NCBI GenBank assembly: GCA_963719225.1
Contig: CAVRAY010000001.1
Span: 512,001-576,000 of the forward strand
Source: Thermoanaerobaculia bacterium
Lineage (GTDB): Bacteria; Acidobacteriota; Thermoanaerobaculia; UBA5066
Direction: 5' to 3'
Length of the DNA: 64,000 bases
How positions within the stretch are numbered: the first letter of the stretch is position 1; every line of letters begins with the position of its first letter. A program made the position numbers and the translations under genes. The notes beneath the pieces were generated by a model. It had not been told where the DNA came from and ran no database searches. It saw only the letters and a list, made by a program, of their open reading frames with translations. This document shows, piece after piece, positions 18,664-29,102 of this stretch.

Positions 18664-20054
18664 TGGAGCTCCGGCGAGTCCTCGGTTTCCGGGACCTCGT
18701 CTTTTTCTACACGCTGACGTGCTTCAGCCTCCGGTGGATCGCGACGGCCGCCGAAGCGGGACCGTCTTCGCTCGTGGTCTGGGTGCTCGCGGCTCTCGGG
18801 CTCTTCGTGCCGCTCGTGGCGTCGGTCCTGGAGCTCTCCTCGCGATACCCGGAGGAAGGCGGCCTCTACGTGTGGACGCGTCGGGCGTATGGGGACTTCC
18901 CGGGCTTCATGGCGGGATTCCTCTACTGGGCGAGCAATCTGCCGTTCTTTCCGGCTCTCCTCTATTTCACGGCCGCGAACGCGCTCTTCCTCGGAGGTGA
19001 AAAGGGCGCCGCGCTCCAGGAGAGCCGCGGCTTTTTCCTGGCGTTCTCGCTCGTCGGGCTGGTCCTCGCGACCGCCGTGAACGTCCGCGGCCTCAGGTAC
19101 GGCACGTGGCTGCACAACGCCGCCGCGGTCGCGACGTGGATCCCGGCGATCCTCCTCGTCGTCTCGGGCGGCGTCGTGTTCGCCCGATTCGGCTCGATGA
19201 CGTCCTTTTCCGCGATGCACCTCGTTCCCTCGGCCGGCTTCCAGGACGCCCTCTTCTTCTCCACGATCGCATTCGCATTCGGTGGAATCGAAACCGCGTC
19301 GTTCCTCGGCGACGAGATCCGCGATCCGCGCCGCAACCTGCCTCGCGCCCTCCTCGTCGTGGGCGCGCTCATCACGGCGACCTATCTCGCGGGGACGGCG
19401 AGCCTCCTCGTGGCTTTGCCCGCGAGCGAGGCGAGCGGGCTGACGGGCATCACGCACGCGGTCGCGGCGGCATCGGCGAAGGCGGGGCTGCCGGGAATGG
19501 GAACTCTGGCCGCGCTCCTCATCACGCTCGCTGGAGTCGGCGTGACGGGCGCGTGGCTGGCGACGGCGTCCCGCCTTCCGTTCGTCGGCGGGCTCGACCG
19601 TTTCCTGCCGCCCGCGTTCGCGAAGATCCACCCGAAATGGGGCACGCCCGCCGTCGCCATCCTCGTGCAATCGGGCCTTTCCGCTGTTTTCGTGCTCCTC
19701 AGCCAGGCCGGAACCGGGGTGAAGGGCGCCTACGACGCCCTCGTCGCGATGAGCGTGATCGCGTACTTCGTGCCGTTCCTCTTCCTCTTCGCGTCCACGA
19801 TCCGGCTGTCGAAGGCGCCGCTTCCCGACGGCGCGATCCGCATCCCGGGCGGCCGGCCCGTCTCGGTCGCCCTCGCCTGCGTCGGCTTCTTCACGACGAC
19901 CGTCTCTCTCCTCCTCGCCTTCATCCCGCCCGGCCAGGGGCCGGACCAGGTCTTCGCCGCCGCGAAGATCGTTCTCCTGACTATCTTCCTCGTCGCCGGA
20001 GGCGTCGCGCTCTATGCGTCCTCGGCGCGCCGGCGGCGACTGCTTCGGACGTAG
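18663..20054 (+). CDS. APC family amino-acid permease
   Basis: ELSSRYPEEGGLYVW, FAFGGIE, EIRDPRRNLPRA; about 12 TM segments; start overlaps the Rieske stop. Confidence 0.9.
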
Positions 20055-20138
20055 CCGCGCGCGCCCTCGCGGCCGCCTGAGTCCTCGTCCGTCCGCCGTT
20101 TTTCCTCCGTTACCCGGTGCTACGATCCGTGCGGCGCA

Positions 20139-20681
20139 ATGGATCCCGAGTCGAACGCCGCCTCCGGTCCGCCGGGTCCGGATTCCCTCACGTTCGAGGC
20201 GCTGTACGACGAGCTGCACGCGCTGGCGCACCGGCAGATCCGGCGTGCGCGCCCCGGCGAAACGCTGCGCACGACGGCGCTCCTGCACGAGGCCTACCTC
20301 AAGCTCGCTCGCGGAGCGTCCCCGAAGGATCGCGCGCACTTCTTCGCTCTCGCGGCGCGGGCCATGCGGCAGGTGCTGGTCGACCACGCGCGCAACCACA
20401 CGGCATTGAAGCGTGGCGGCGGGCTCCGGGTCGCGACGCTCGGGGATGTCGCGTCCGAAGTCGAAGCCGATGCCGCCGAGCTGATCGCGATCGACACCGC
20501 GCTCGAGAAGCTGCAAGGCGCGAATTCGCGGATGGCGCGCGTCGTCGAGCTTCGCTTCTTCGGAGGCCTGTCGGTCGAGGAGACTGCGGAGGCGCTCGAC
20601 GGGTCGACCGCCACGGTCAAGCGCGACTGGCGCGCGGCACGGGCGTTCCTCCTGGCGACGCTCTCCCCGGGCCCGCCGTGA
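20139..20681 (+). CDS. ECF sigma factor, kinase-associated (ECF43/TIGR02999-like)
   Basis: LYDELHALA, TLRTTALLHEAYLKL, AMRQVLVDHAR, VELRFFGGLS..E.A, TVKRDW. Confidence 0.9.
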   Translation: MDPESNAASGPPGPDSLTFEALYDELHALAHRQIRRARPGETLRTTALLHEAYLKLARGASPKDRAHFFALAARAMRQVLVDHARNHTALKRGGGLRVATLGDVASEVEADAAELIAIDTALEKLQGANSRMARVVELRFFGGLSVEETAEALDGSTATVKRDWRAARAFLLATLSPGPP

Positions 20682-23635
20682 GCACGGACGAAACCTGGAG
20701 TCGCGCGCTCGAGATCTTCCAGGATGTCGCCGATCTCGCGCCTGATGAGCGCGATCTCCGCGTCGCGGCTGCCTGCGGCGGGGACGAGGCGCTCCGCCGG
20801 CGGGTCGCCGATCTCCTGACGGCCGATTCGGAGGCCGACTCTCCTCTCGACGGAGGTGCCGCACGGCGCTTCCCGAGCCTGCTCGATGGTGACGACACCC
20901 CTCTGGATCTTTGGATCGGTCGGCAGCTCGGTCCTTACCGCGTCGTCCGCGAGCTGGGACACGGCGGGATGGGAGCCGTCTTCCTCGGTGAGCGCTGCGA
21001 TGGACACTTCGAGCAGCGTGTTGCACTCAAGGTCGCGCGCCTCAGCCTTGCCGGCGACGAGGCCATCCGGCGCTTTCTCGCCGAGCGCCGGATCCTGGCC
21101 GGGCTCGAGCATCCGCACATCGCCCATCTGCTCGACGGCGGCGTGACTCCCGAGGGTCTTCCTTACTTCGCGATGGAGTATGTCGAGGGAGTCCCGATCG
21201 GGGACTACTGCGACTCGCAAGAGCTTTCTCTTTCGCCGCGCATCGAGCTGTTTCTCGGCGTCTGCGCGGCGGTCGACCACGCTCACCGCCGGCTCGTGGT
21301 GCACCGTGATCTCAAGCCCTCGAACATCCTCGTAACCGCCAGCGGCGACGTCAAGCTCCTGGACTTCGGCATCGCGAAGCTTCTCGGCGACGACGACGAC
21401 GGGACTCGTACGCTCGAGCGCCATTTGACCCCGGCCTATGCCGCGCCCGAGCAGATTCGCGGCGAGCGAGTCACGACCGCGACCGACATCTGGGCTCTGG
21501 GTGTCGTGCTCTACGAGCTGCTCGTCGGACGTCGACCGTTCGCGGCCCGAGGGGGCCCTGAGGAGGCCGCGCTCGCCGTGGCCGGTGAGGAGCCGACCCG
21601 GCCCAGCACGGCGGTGCCGGCTGCCGGACCTGGCGGTTCGTCTCGTCGCCGGCTCCGTCGTGCCCTGCGCGGCGATCTGGACACCATCCTTCTCACCGCA
21701 CTACGAGAGGAGCCCGACCGCCGGTATCCCTCGGCTGCGGCGCTCGCCGAGGATCTTCGGCGGCATCTCTCCTTTCTGCCGATCCGCGCGCGACCGGACA
21801 GCTTCCGCTACCGCGCGGGAAAGTTCGCCGCGCGACATCGCTGGACGCTCGCGGTCGCTGCGACGCTGCTCGTCGCCCTCATCGGTGCTCTCGGGGCCGC
21901 GCTGGAGCAGGCGCGTGCTAAGACCCGTGAGGCGCGCGCCTCGCAGGAGGTGACGTCGTTCCTCGTGCGACTGTTCGAGGGCTCGGATCCGACCCTGGCG
22001 CGAGGCGCGTCGCTGACGGCGCAGGAGCTTCTCGACGAAGGCGTCGACCGGCTGCGATCCGACCTCGCCGGCCAGCCCGGGGTACGCGCCCGGCTGCTTC
22101 ACGCCATGGCGGCATCGTACGCGGCACTCGGCCTCTACGACCGCGCGCTGCCGCTCGCCCAGGAGGCGTTGCAGCTGCGCCGACGGATTCTTCCCACCGG
22201 GAGCGCGGATGTCGCAGAGAGCATGGACCAGCTCGGCGAGCTCTTCCGGCTCGAGGCGGACTTCGCCCGTGCGGAGCCTTTGCTCCGCGACGCCCTGGCG
22301 GCGCGTCGCGCGAGCCTCGGTTCGGACGACCCGGCGGTGATCCAGAGCCTCGGCCACCTCGGCCGGCTGCTCGGGGACGAGGGGAAGTTCGCCCGCGCCG
22401 AGGAGCCGTACCGCGAGGCTCTCGCCGCCAGCGAGCGCCGCTTCGGACCGGTCTCCCCGGAGAGCGCGGGATGCCTGGACGATTTCGCCACGAACCAGTC
22501 GGATCTCGGCCGGGAGACGAAGGCGATCGAGCTGCTGCGGAGGGCCCTGGAGACGCGTGAGAAGACCCTTGGTCCGGAGTCACTCGCGGTGGCCGGCTCG
22601 CTGAACAGTCTCGGCCTTCATCTCGACGGCGCCGGGGCGTATCCGGAGTCGGCCGCGGCGCTCGAGCGTGCGCTCGCGATCCGCCGGAAGGTCCTCGGGT
22701 CCACACATCCGCTCGTGGGCGCGACCCAGATCGACCTGGCCGGCGTCTACGACGACTTAGATCGCCACGACGCCGCCGAGGATGCCGCCCAGAGCGCGCT
22801 CGGGATCCTTCGGCACGCGCTGCCCGAGGATCACCCGAAGATCGGCGAGGCGCTCAATATGCTCGGGATCATCCGCTCCTCGCGCCGCGACTTTACCGGC
22901 GCGGTGCCCGTCTTCCGGGAGCTGCTCACCCGATACCAGCGCGTCTCGGGAAAGGGACACCCCGACACGCTCTCCGTCGAGAACAACCTCGCGATCACGC
23001 TCCTCCACGCGGGCCGAGCTCCCGAGGCGGAGTCGCTGGAGCGCGACGTACTGGCGCAGCTCGGCGGGGACAACGGCCAGGCCACGGGAGCCCTGGCGCG
23101 AGAGAACCTCGCGAGGACGCTCGAGCAGGAAGCGAGGCCTCGCGAAGCGCTCGAGCTCGCGCGGCAGGCACTGGGGCTGCAGCGGAGACGCGAAGGCATG
23201 GCCTCGGGAAACGTGGCCGTGGCCTTACGCGAGGTCGCGCTCGCAGAGGAGATGTGTGGCGAAGCGGGTCTCGCGGAGCAGGACTTTCGCGAGGGCCTCC
23301 GCCTCGGAGAAGGGCTCACGTCCTCCCGCGGCAACGTGACGTACGAATGGAGGATCCCGCTGGCCGACTTCCTCGTCGGCTCCGGCCGCTGTTCCGAGGC
23401 CCTCCCGCTGCTCGCCGGCGCGATCGCCGAGATCACCGGAGCACGCCGTTCCGTGGACCCGATCTGGCGGCTCCAGGCAAGGCTGCTCCAGGCGCGATGC
23501 ACGCAACCCTCCGGCGCGGGAGCCGACGGCGCCAAGGCGGTCCGTGCGGCCCTGCGCCTCATGCCGGCAGTCGAGGTCGATCTTTACCCTACCGCGCGGG
23601 ACCTGCTCTCCGCCCGCGGCACGTCGCTTCCGTGA
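20678..23635 (+). CDS. Ser/Thr protein kinase with TM segment and TPR repeats
   Basis: LGHGGMG, VALK, HRDLKPSN, DFG, APE; TM then kinesin-light-chain-like TPRs; GTGA overlap with the ECF gene. Confidence 0.93.
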   Translation: MSTDETWSRALEIFQDVADLAPDERDLRVAAACGGDEALRRRVADLLTADSEADSPLDGGAARRFPSLLDGDDTPLDLWIGRQLGPYRVVRELGHGGMGAVFLGERCDGHFEQRVALKVARLSLAGDEAIRRFLAERRILAGLEHPHIAHLLDGGVTPEGLPYFAMEYVEGVPIGDYCDSQELSLSPRIELFLGVCAAVDHAHRRLVVHRDLKPSNILVTASGDVKLLDFGIAKLLGDDDDGTRTLERHLTPAYAAPEQIRGERVTTATDIWALGVVLYELLVGRRPFAARGGPEEAALAVAGEEPTRPSTAVPAAGPGGSSRRRLRRALRGDLDTILLTALREEPDRRYPSAAALAEDLRRHLSFLPIRARPDSFRYRAGKFAARHRWTLAVAATLLVALIGALGAALEQARAKTREARASQEVTSFLVRLFEGSDPTLARGASLTAQELLDEGVDRLRSDLAGQPGVRARLLHAMAASYAALGLYDRALPLAQEALQLRRRILPTGSADVAESMDQLGELFRLEADFARAEPLLRDALAARRASLGSDDPAVIQSLGHLGRLLGDEGKFARAEEPYREALAASERRFGPVSPESAGCLDDFATNQSDLGRETKAIELLRRALETREKTLGPESLAVAGSLNSLGLHLDGAGAYPESAAALERALAIRRKVLGSTHPLVGATQIDLAGVYDDLDRHDAAEDAAQSALGILRHALPEDHPKIGEALNMLGIIRSSRRDFTGAVPVFRELLTRYQRVSGKGHPDTLSVENNLAITLLHAGRAPEAESLERDVLAQLGGDNGQATGALARENLARTLEQEARPREALELARQALGLQRRREGMASGNVAVALREVALAEEMCGEAGLAEQDFREGLRLGEGLTSSRGNVTYEWRIPLADFLVGSGRCSEALPLLAGAIAEITGARRSVDPIWRLQARLLQARCTQPSGAGADGAKAVRAALRLMPAVEVDLYPTARDLLSARGTSLP

Positions 23636-23753
23636 GCACAAGGGAGATGGGAGCGCAGCGCCCCCGCTAAAGAGCTCGCCGCCGCCGCAACCCCCGCTCG
23701 ATGATCCCTGTCTCGCCTCCTTTCCGTTTCTTCCGGATGACGGGAGGTGACCC

Positions 23754-25331
23754 ATGAGATCGAAAACGAGGCGCGAAATCAGGCGAGCCGTCGTCGGCGG
23801 CATGGCGGCTCGAGCTGGCGTCGCCATCGCGGCGGTGCTACTCGCGGGCGCTGCGCCGGGGCAGGCGGAAACGTATGTCCTGCCGTCATCCGCCTACAGC
23901 ACGGGAGCGGGGGGGGCCGAATTCCACTCGGACGTCCGCCTGCTCAACGTCACGAGGTCACCGGTGACGGTGACGGCGACGTTCTACGACCAGGCGAGCG
24001 GCGCGACGTTGCCGGCTTCGCCATTCACGGTCCCGGCGCGGAGCCAGGCGTCCTTCGACAACATCCTCAGGTCCCTCTTCGGAGGTGGCCTTGGGTCGTA
24101 CGGCCCGATCCGGCTCGAGGCGAGCGGTTCTCTCATCGTCTCGTCGAGCGTGAACAACGTGAACGCGTGCGGGACGGGGGCGACTTCGGGGCAGTGGCTC
24201 CCGGGGCTCGCGCTCTCGCAGGCTCTGCGGGTCGGGATCCTGGGTCAGCTCGCGCTCAGCACGAGCTCCGCGACGGGCTACCGGACCAACGTCGTCTTCA
24301 TGAACCCGGGGACGGCGAATGCGACGGTGACGGGGGCGTTGCGGCGCGGGGATGGATCGCTCATCGGGACGGAGACCTTCCCGCCGCTACCCGCCAACGG
24401 ATTCCGGCAGGTCTCCCTCGGCGGCTTTCCGGGGGCCACCGGGACGACGGACACGAACCTCTTCCTCGAGTTCACGAGCGACCAGCCGGTCCTCTCCTTC
24501 GCGTCGGTCATCAACAACGCCTCGGGCGACCCCTTTGCGATCGTCGCGGCGGCCGACACCGCCAGCCAGGAGCTGACCGTGACGCTGCCCGGCGGCGTGC
24601 CGCTGGTGCTGGAGAAGATTCCGAACGGAACGTTTCTGATGGGATCGCCGGGCACGGAACGGAGCCGCGGGAGCGACGAAACGCAGCACCCGGTGACGAT
24701 CTCGGCCGACTACTACATCGGGAAGACCCTCCTGACGCAGGCGCAGTGGCAGGCCGTGATGGGGAGCAATCCGAGCACCTACTCCAGCTGCGGAGGCACG
24801 TGCCCAGTCGAGAACGTGTCCTGGAACGACATCGCGGGAAGCGGAGGATTCCTGGAGAAGCTGAACGCGGCGCTGGGGCTGAGCGGGGCGTCGGCATTCC
24901 GACTCCCCACGGAGGCGGAGTGGGAGCGCGCGGCGCGTGGGGGCACGACGACCCGATTCTGGTTCGGGGATGCTTTGGACTGCGACGACTCTCCGTCCGT
25001 CAGCACGTGCAGCGCAGACCCATACGTCTGGTGGACCGCGAACTCGAGCGGCTTGACCAGCGGGACGCACCCGGTCGGACAGAAGCAGCCGAACCCCTAC
25101 GGGCTGTACGACGCGAACGGCAACCTGTACGAGCGGGTGCAGGACTGGTACGGCGCCTACCCGACGACGGCCGTGACGGATCCCACCGGCCCCGCATCGG
25201 GCGGGGGTCGGGTCGCCCGGGGCGGCGCCTGGGATGTGGTTCTCGCGATCTGCCGGTCCGCGTACCGCGGTGGCAGCGCCGACTCCTACCGCTCCAACAA
25301 CATCGGGTTCCGGATTGCCAGGTCCCAATGA
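23754..25331 (+). CDS. Secreted protein with C-terminal FGE-sulfatase (C-type lectin fold) domain
   Basis: Signal peptide, beta-rich N-domain, then FLMGS, RLPTEAEWE, PNPYGLYD..GN..E, RGG.W, GFR. Confidence 0.88.
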   Translation: MRSKTRREIRRAVVGGMAARAGVAIAAVLLAGAAPGQAETYVLPSSAYSTGAGGAEFHSDVRLLNVTRSPVTVTATFYDQASGATLPASPFTVPARSQASFDNILRSLFGGGLGSYGPIRLEASGSLIVSSSVNNVNACGTGATSGQWLPGLALSQALRVGILGQLALSTSSATGYRTNVVFMNPGTANATVTGALRRGDGSLIGTETFPPLPANGFRQVSLGGFPGATGTTDTNLFLEFTSDQPVLSFASVINNASGDPFAIVAAADTASQELTVTLPGGVPLVLEKIPNGTFLMGSPGTERSRGSDETQHPVTISADYYIGKTLLTQAQWQAVMGSNPSTYSSCGGTCPVENVSWNDIAGSGGFLEKLNAALGLSGASAFRLPTEAEWERAARGGTTTRFWFGDALDCDDSPSVSTCSADPYVWWTANSSGLTSGTHPVGQKQPNPYGLYDANGNLYERVQDWYGAYPTTAVTDPTGPASGGGRVARGGAWDVVLAICRSAYRGGSADSYRSNNIGFRIARSQ

Positions 25332-25403
25332 CCCAAGGCGGAATCGGGCCCAAGTCCTTACTGATCGTGCTCGGCGAACAGCATCAACAAGGGAGTACGA
25401 ACG

Positions 25404-26144
25404 ATGAAGGGGTCACTTCGCCATGGTGTTCTCGTGCTCGAAGCGATCGTCGCATTGGGCTGCAAGAAGGAAGCGGCGCGGCAGGCTTCCCCGTCCACGG
25501 CTCCGGCGGCGGTTGTCTCGGCCCCGAGCGTGCAGGCTTGTGCGCTCATCTCGGCGGCCGAGGTGGGCACGATCTTTGAAAAGACGCTCGTGGCGACGGG
25601 TTCGGGCCGGGAATGTCAGTACGGCCTTGATCCCGCCGAAAAGGAGAAGCAGCTGAACGCGTTGAAGGGCGGCGCGGGCCAGTCGGGCTCGGGTGCGGAC
25701 AGCGCCGACCTCGGCGCTCTTGCGAACAGCCTGGTCAAAGGGGGCGGCTTCAAGATGCCGTCGGCCATCTCGGACCAGCTGCTGGTGAACCTGAGCCTCT
25801 CGCGCGACTCGCAGAGCGAAGGGCAGGTCAAGGCGATCTATTCGGGCGTGGGCAAAACCGTTCGCGGCGTCGTCGAGCCGGAGAAGCGCGGCTTGAACGG
25901 CACGATCGAGGTGGGCAAGGACATCCCTGGCGTCGGTGACTGGGCTTTTGCGACGAATGTCGCGTCGGTAAGCCTGGGGCCGGGATTCTCGTCCCGCGGC
26001 CGTATTCTCGAAGCGCGGCAGGGCGCGTGGCGCGTCACGGTTGGCGCGACGATCGCCCCCGATCCAGGTGAGCCGAAGCTCGACGGAGAGCTCGGCGATG
26101 TTGCGCGCGCGGCGTTCGCGAAGCTGGGGGTGACGGGACGCTGA
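25404..26144 (+). CDS. Hypothetical lipoprotein
   Basis: Lipobox-like VALGC; ACALISAAEV...C motif; GGAG RBS. Confidence 0.7.
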   Translation: MKGSLRHGVLVLEAIVALGCKKEAARQASPSTAPAAVVSAPSVQACALISAAEVGTIFEKTLVATGSGRECQYGLDPAEKEKQLNALKGGAGQSGSGADSADLGALANSLVKGGGFKMPSAISDQLLVNLSLSRDSQSEGQVKAIYSGVGKTVRGVVEPEKRGLNGTIEVGKDIPGVGDWAFATNVASVSLGPGFSSRGRILEARQGAWRVTVGATIAPDPGEPKLDGELGDVARAAFAKLGVTGR

Positions 26145-26235
26145 AGTAAGGGTCTCCACGGCCCCTCGCGTCGCGGCACGCCGGGGATCTCGAGAACTGG
26201 ACCGGTCGTTCCATATTGACTACTCTCTCGCGCCC

Positions 26236-27711
26236 ATGTCCGCCTCGGTCGCGCCCCGCTTCGATCCCGCGCGACGGCGGGCGGTGACGATCGCTCTCCT
26301 GCTCGTCACGGCTCTCGCGTCTTTCGAGTCGACGATCGTCTCGACGGCGATGCCGACGATCATCGGCGAGCTCCACGGCCTGCCCCTCTACTCCTGGGTT
26401 TTCTCCGTCTACCTCCTCACGTCCACGGTCACGATGCCGATCTACGGGCGCCTCGCGGACGTCTACGGGAGGCGCCGCATCCTGATGACCGCCATGGCCA
26501 TCTTCCTCGCCGGAGCGGTCACCTGCGCGCTCGCACGCTCGATGCCGCAGCTCATCGTGGCGCGCGGCCTTCAGGGCCTCGGCGCGGGCGGGCTCATTCC
26601 GATCGCCCTCACCGTCTCCGGCGACCTCTACTCCCTCGAGGAACGCGCACGCGTGCAGGCCTTCTTCAGCGGCGTCTGGGGATTCGCGAGTCTCGTGGGC
26701 CCGCTGCTCGGCGCGTTCCTGACGGTGACGTTCGGGTGGCGCTCGATCTTCACGATCAACCTGCCGCTCGGCATCATCGCGTTCACACTCGTCGCGACGA
26801 AGATGATCGAGTCGCGCAAGCCGGGCTCGGACCCTCTGGACGTCGCCGGCGCCGCGACGCTGGCGTCGGGCATCGCCGCGCTTCTCTTCGCGGTGCTCCA
26901 GAGGGCGGGGGCCGGAACTCTCGGGGCCGGCGTTCGGCTCGCACTCGGAGCGTCCGGGCTCCTCCTCCTCGCCGTCTTCGTCCGCCTCCAGCGGAGGCGC
27001 GAACACCCGCTCGTTCCGCCGGAGCTTTTCCGCCACCCGCGGACCGCGGCGCCATACCTGGGCGGCGTTCTCCTGGGCACCACGATCTATGGGGTCGACA
27101 CGTTCGTTCCCCTCTTCGTGCAGGGCGCGCGCGGCGGGACCGCGGGAGCCGCCGGGGCGGTCATCACGCCGCTCGTCCTTTTCTGGGCGCTCTCGGCGGC
27201 GGCCGCCGCCCGCGTGATCATTCGATTCGGCTTCCGGAGGACGGCCCGCGCGGGAGCGCTCCTGATCCTCGCGGGGTTCGTCAGCCTGCTCGTCGCGGCC
27301 CGGCTCGACGCGCCGGTTCTCGCGATCAGCGCGGCGTGCGGACTCGTCGGCGCCGGTCTCGGGCCGTCGTCGCTCGCGCAGGTGCTCGCGATCCAGAACG
27401 TCGTGGAGGAGGGCCGCCGCGGCGTCGCGACGAGCCTCGTGCCGTTCTTTCGCACCGTCGGGGGGTCGCTGGGCGTGGGCGCTCTCGGAGGCATCCTCGC
27501 TTCCGGCCTGACGAGTCGGATGGGAGCGGCCGCCGATTCGGCGGGGGCGGCGCTGGCGGAGGGACGCGTGCCACGCGAGCTCCGGCTCGCGCTCGAGCAG
27601 TCGCTGTTCCCCGTTTTCGCGGTGCTCCTCGCCCTCGCAGCCGTGAATCTCGTCGTGACGTCGCGGTTCCCCGATCTCCAGGTGACGCCGCGGACGCCGA
27701 CGAACGCCTAG
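26236..27711 (+). CDS. MFS drug:H+ antiporter (DHA2-like)
   Basis: TIVSTAMP, GRLADVYGRR, RGLQGLG, GPLLG, WRSIF.IN.P. Confidence 0.92.
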   Translation: MSASVAPRFDPARRRAVTIALLLVTALASFESTIVSTAMPTIIGELHGLPLYSWVFSVYLLTSTVTMPIYGRLADVYGRRRILMTAMAIFLAGAVTCALARSMPQLIVARGLQGLGAGGLIPIALTVSGDLYSLEERARVQAFFSGVWGFASLVGPLLGAFLTVTFGWRSIFTINLPLGIIAFTLVATKMIESRKPGSDPLDVAGAATLASGIAALLFAVLQRAGAGTLGAGVRLALGASGLLLLAVFVRLQRRREHPLVPPELFRHPRTAAPYLGGVLLGTTIYGVDTFVPLFVQGARGGTAGAAGAVITPLVLFWALSAAAAARVIIRFGFRRTARAGALLILAGFVSLLVAARLDAPVLAISAACGLVGAGLGPSSLAQVLAIQNVVEEGRRGVATSLVPFFRTVGGSLGVGALGGILASGLTSRMGAAADSAGAALAEGRVPRELRLALEQSLFPVFAVLLALAAVNLVVTSRFPDLQVTPRTPTNA

Positions 27712-27831
27712 ACGCTCCTCCGAGAGGATACGTTTGCAGGCCGCACTTCGTTCGCGAGATCATGGTTCGTCCCCGCGGCGCGCGGCGAGCCGAGCAAAGC
27801 GACCTGACCCCGGGAGATCTACAATTCGCCC

Positions 27832-28467
27832 ATGAGGGTCTTCATCTCCGCGCTCGTCTCCTTCGCGGTCGCAGCGGCCGGCCCCGTCGCCGCGCAGCAG
27901 GCGACGCCGACTCCCGTCGTCCCGCAACCGACGGCGACTCCCGTCGAGCAGCACGTCGTCGCGCCGGCCCTTCCCGATCAGCCGAACAAGGAAGGCGTCG
28001 TGCGACCGAGCGGATCGATGCCGACCGACGCGGAGGGCTACGTCCGGACGAATCGGGGGACGATCGACCCGACCACCACCGCGTCGCCGGCTCCAGGCGC
28101 AGCACCGGGGCCGGGGATCGCGACCGGAGCGGTCGCGGCGGAGGGTGCCCCCGTCACGGCCTCGGCACCGCCCCCGCGCGGAAAGGCGACCGTCAAGGCC
28201 GCCTACCTCTCCGTGCGCGGCACGGTGAAGGCGTACGAGAAGGGCGTCTCCCTCACGGTCGTGGAAGCCGACGGGCAGGAGCGCACCGTGAAGATCGCGG
28301 GGAAGGCGACGGTGTATGAAGGACTCGTCGTGGGCGACAAGGTCGTCGTGAGAATTCCGCTCGGGAAGCCCGCGGACGGAAAGACGACGGATCATGTCGA
28401 GCGGCAAAGACCCCTGAAGCCGCCTCCGAAGTCGAAGTTCACCCGGGCACAATCGCCGTCCAGCTGA
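27832..28467 (+). CDS. Secreted Pro/Thr-rich protein with small C-terminal beta (OB-like) domain
   Basis: Signal peptide, PT-rich linker, GTVKAYEKGVSLTV...GDKVVV. Confidence 0.7.
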   Translation: MRVFISALVSFAVAAAGPVAAQQATPTPVVPQPTATPVEQHVVAPALPDQPNKEGVVRPSGSMPTDAEGYVRTNRGTIDPTTTASPAPGAAPGPGIATGAVAAEGAPVTASAPPPRGKATVKAAYLSVRGTVKAYEKGVSLTVVEADGQERTVKIAGKATVYEGLVVGDKVVVRIPLGKPADGKTTDHVERQRPLKPPPKSKFTRAQSPSS

Positions 28468-28480
28468 GCCGCGGACCGGG

Positions 28481-29062
28481 ATGCAGCGACTCTTCGTCCG
28501 CTCGGTCGCTCTCGTGGCCGTCCTCGCGGCGCCCCTCGCCGCACAAACGCCCACGCCCACGCCGAGGAACGCGGTCGAGCCGTCGGACCAGTCCGCCGTG
28601 GCCCCGGCGCTTCCGGTGCGTGCGGGCGAGCCGAATCCCGAGGTCACCCTGGGCCGGCCCGCCGCGCCGGCGACGTCGACGGCGGCGCCTCTTCCGGTTC
28701 CGCCGGAGCTCGTCCCCTCCTCCGCGAGAGAGGACACACCGACGGTCTCCTCGCCGCCGAGCTCCTTGTCGCCTGCCGCCGGGAGCGCGCACGCGAGGGC
28801 AGGAGTCGTTTCCGCGAAGCCGGTGACCCTCTCGCAGGGAGCGGCCTCGACCGTCATGAGCTACCGGAAAGGAAAGTCCTTGACCGTAAAGACGCCGTCG
28901 GGTTCGCTCGTGGGATACCGGCTCACGAGGGACTCGGTCCTGCCGCCCGATCTCGCCCCCGGCCGGTCGGTGCTCGTCGAGACGAAGATGGTCGGGAAGC
29001 GCCGTGTCGCGACGAAGGTGTCGTACGCCGAGGGACGCGTCGTCCTCACGAACGTGAACTGA
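28481..29062 (+). CDS. Secreted Pro/Thr-rich protein, probable paralog of the upstream gene
   Basis: Signal peptide, shared VAPALP motif, TVMSYRKGKSLTV...GRSVLV. Confidence 0.7.
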   Translation: MQRLFVRSVALVAVLAAPLAAQTPTPTPRNAVEPSDQSAVAPALPVRAGEPNPEVTLGRPAAPATSTAAPLPVPPELVPSSAREDTPTVSSPPSSLSPAAGSAHARAGVVSAKPVTLSQGAASTVMSYRKGKSLTVKTPSGSLVGYRLTRDSVLPPDLAPGRSVLVETKMVGKRRVATKVSYAEGRVVLTNVN

Positions 29063-29102
29063 CTCTCCGGGAACCGGCGGACGTCGTGACGTTCTCCCTG
29101 AG

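Noticed and set aside
23754-26144. Complete diversity-generating retroelement
   Set aside because: No reverse transcriptase, Avd or template repeat is seen in the window; kept only as a weak remote-target hypothesis.
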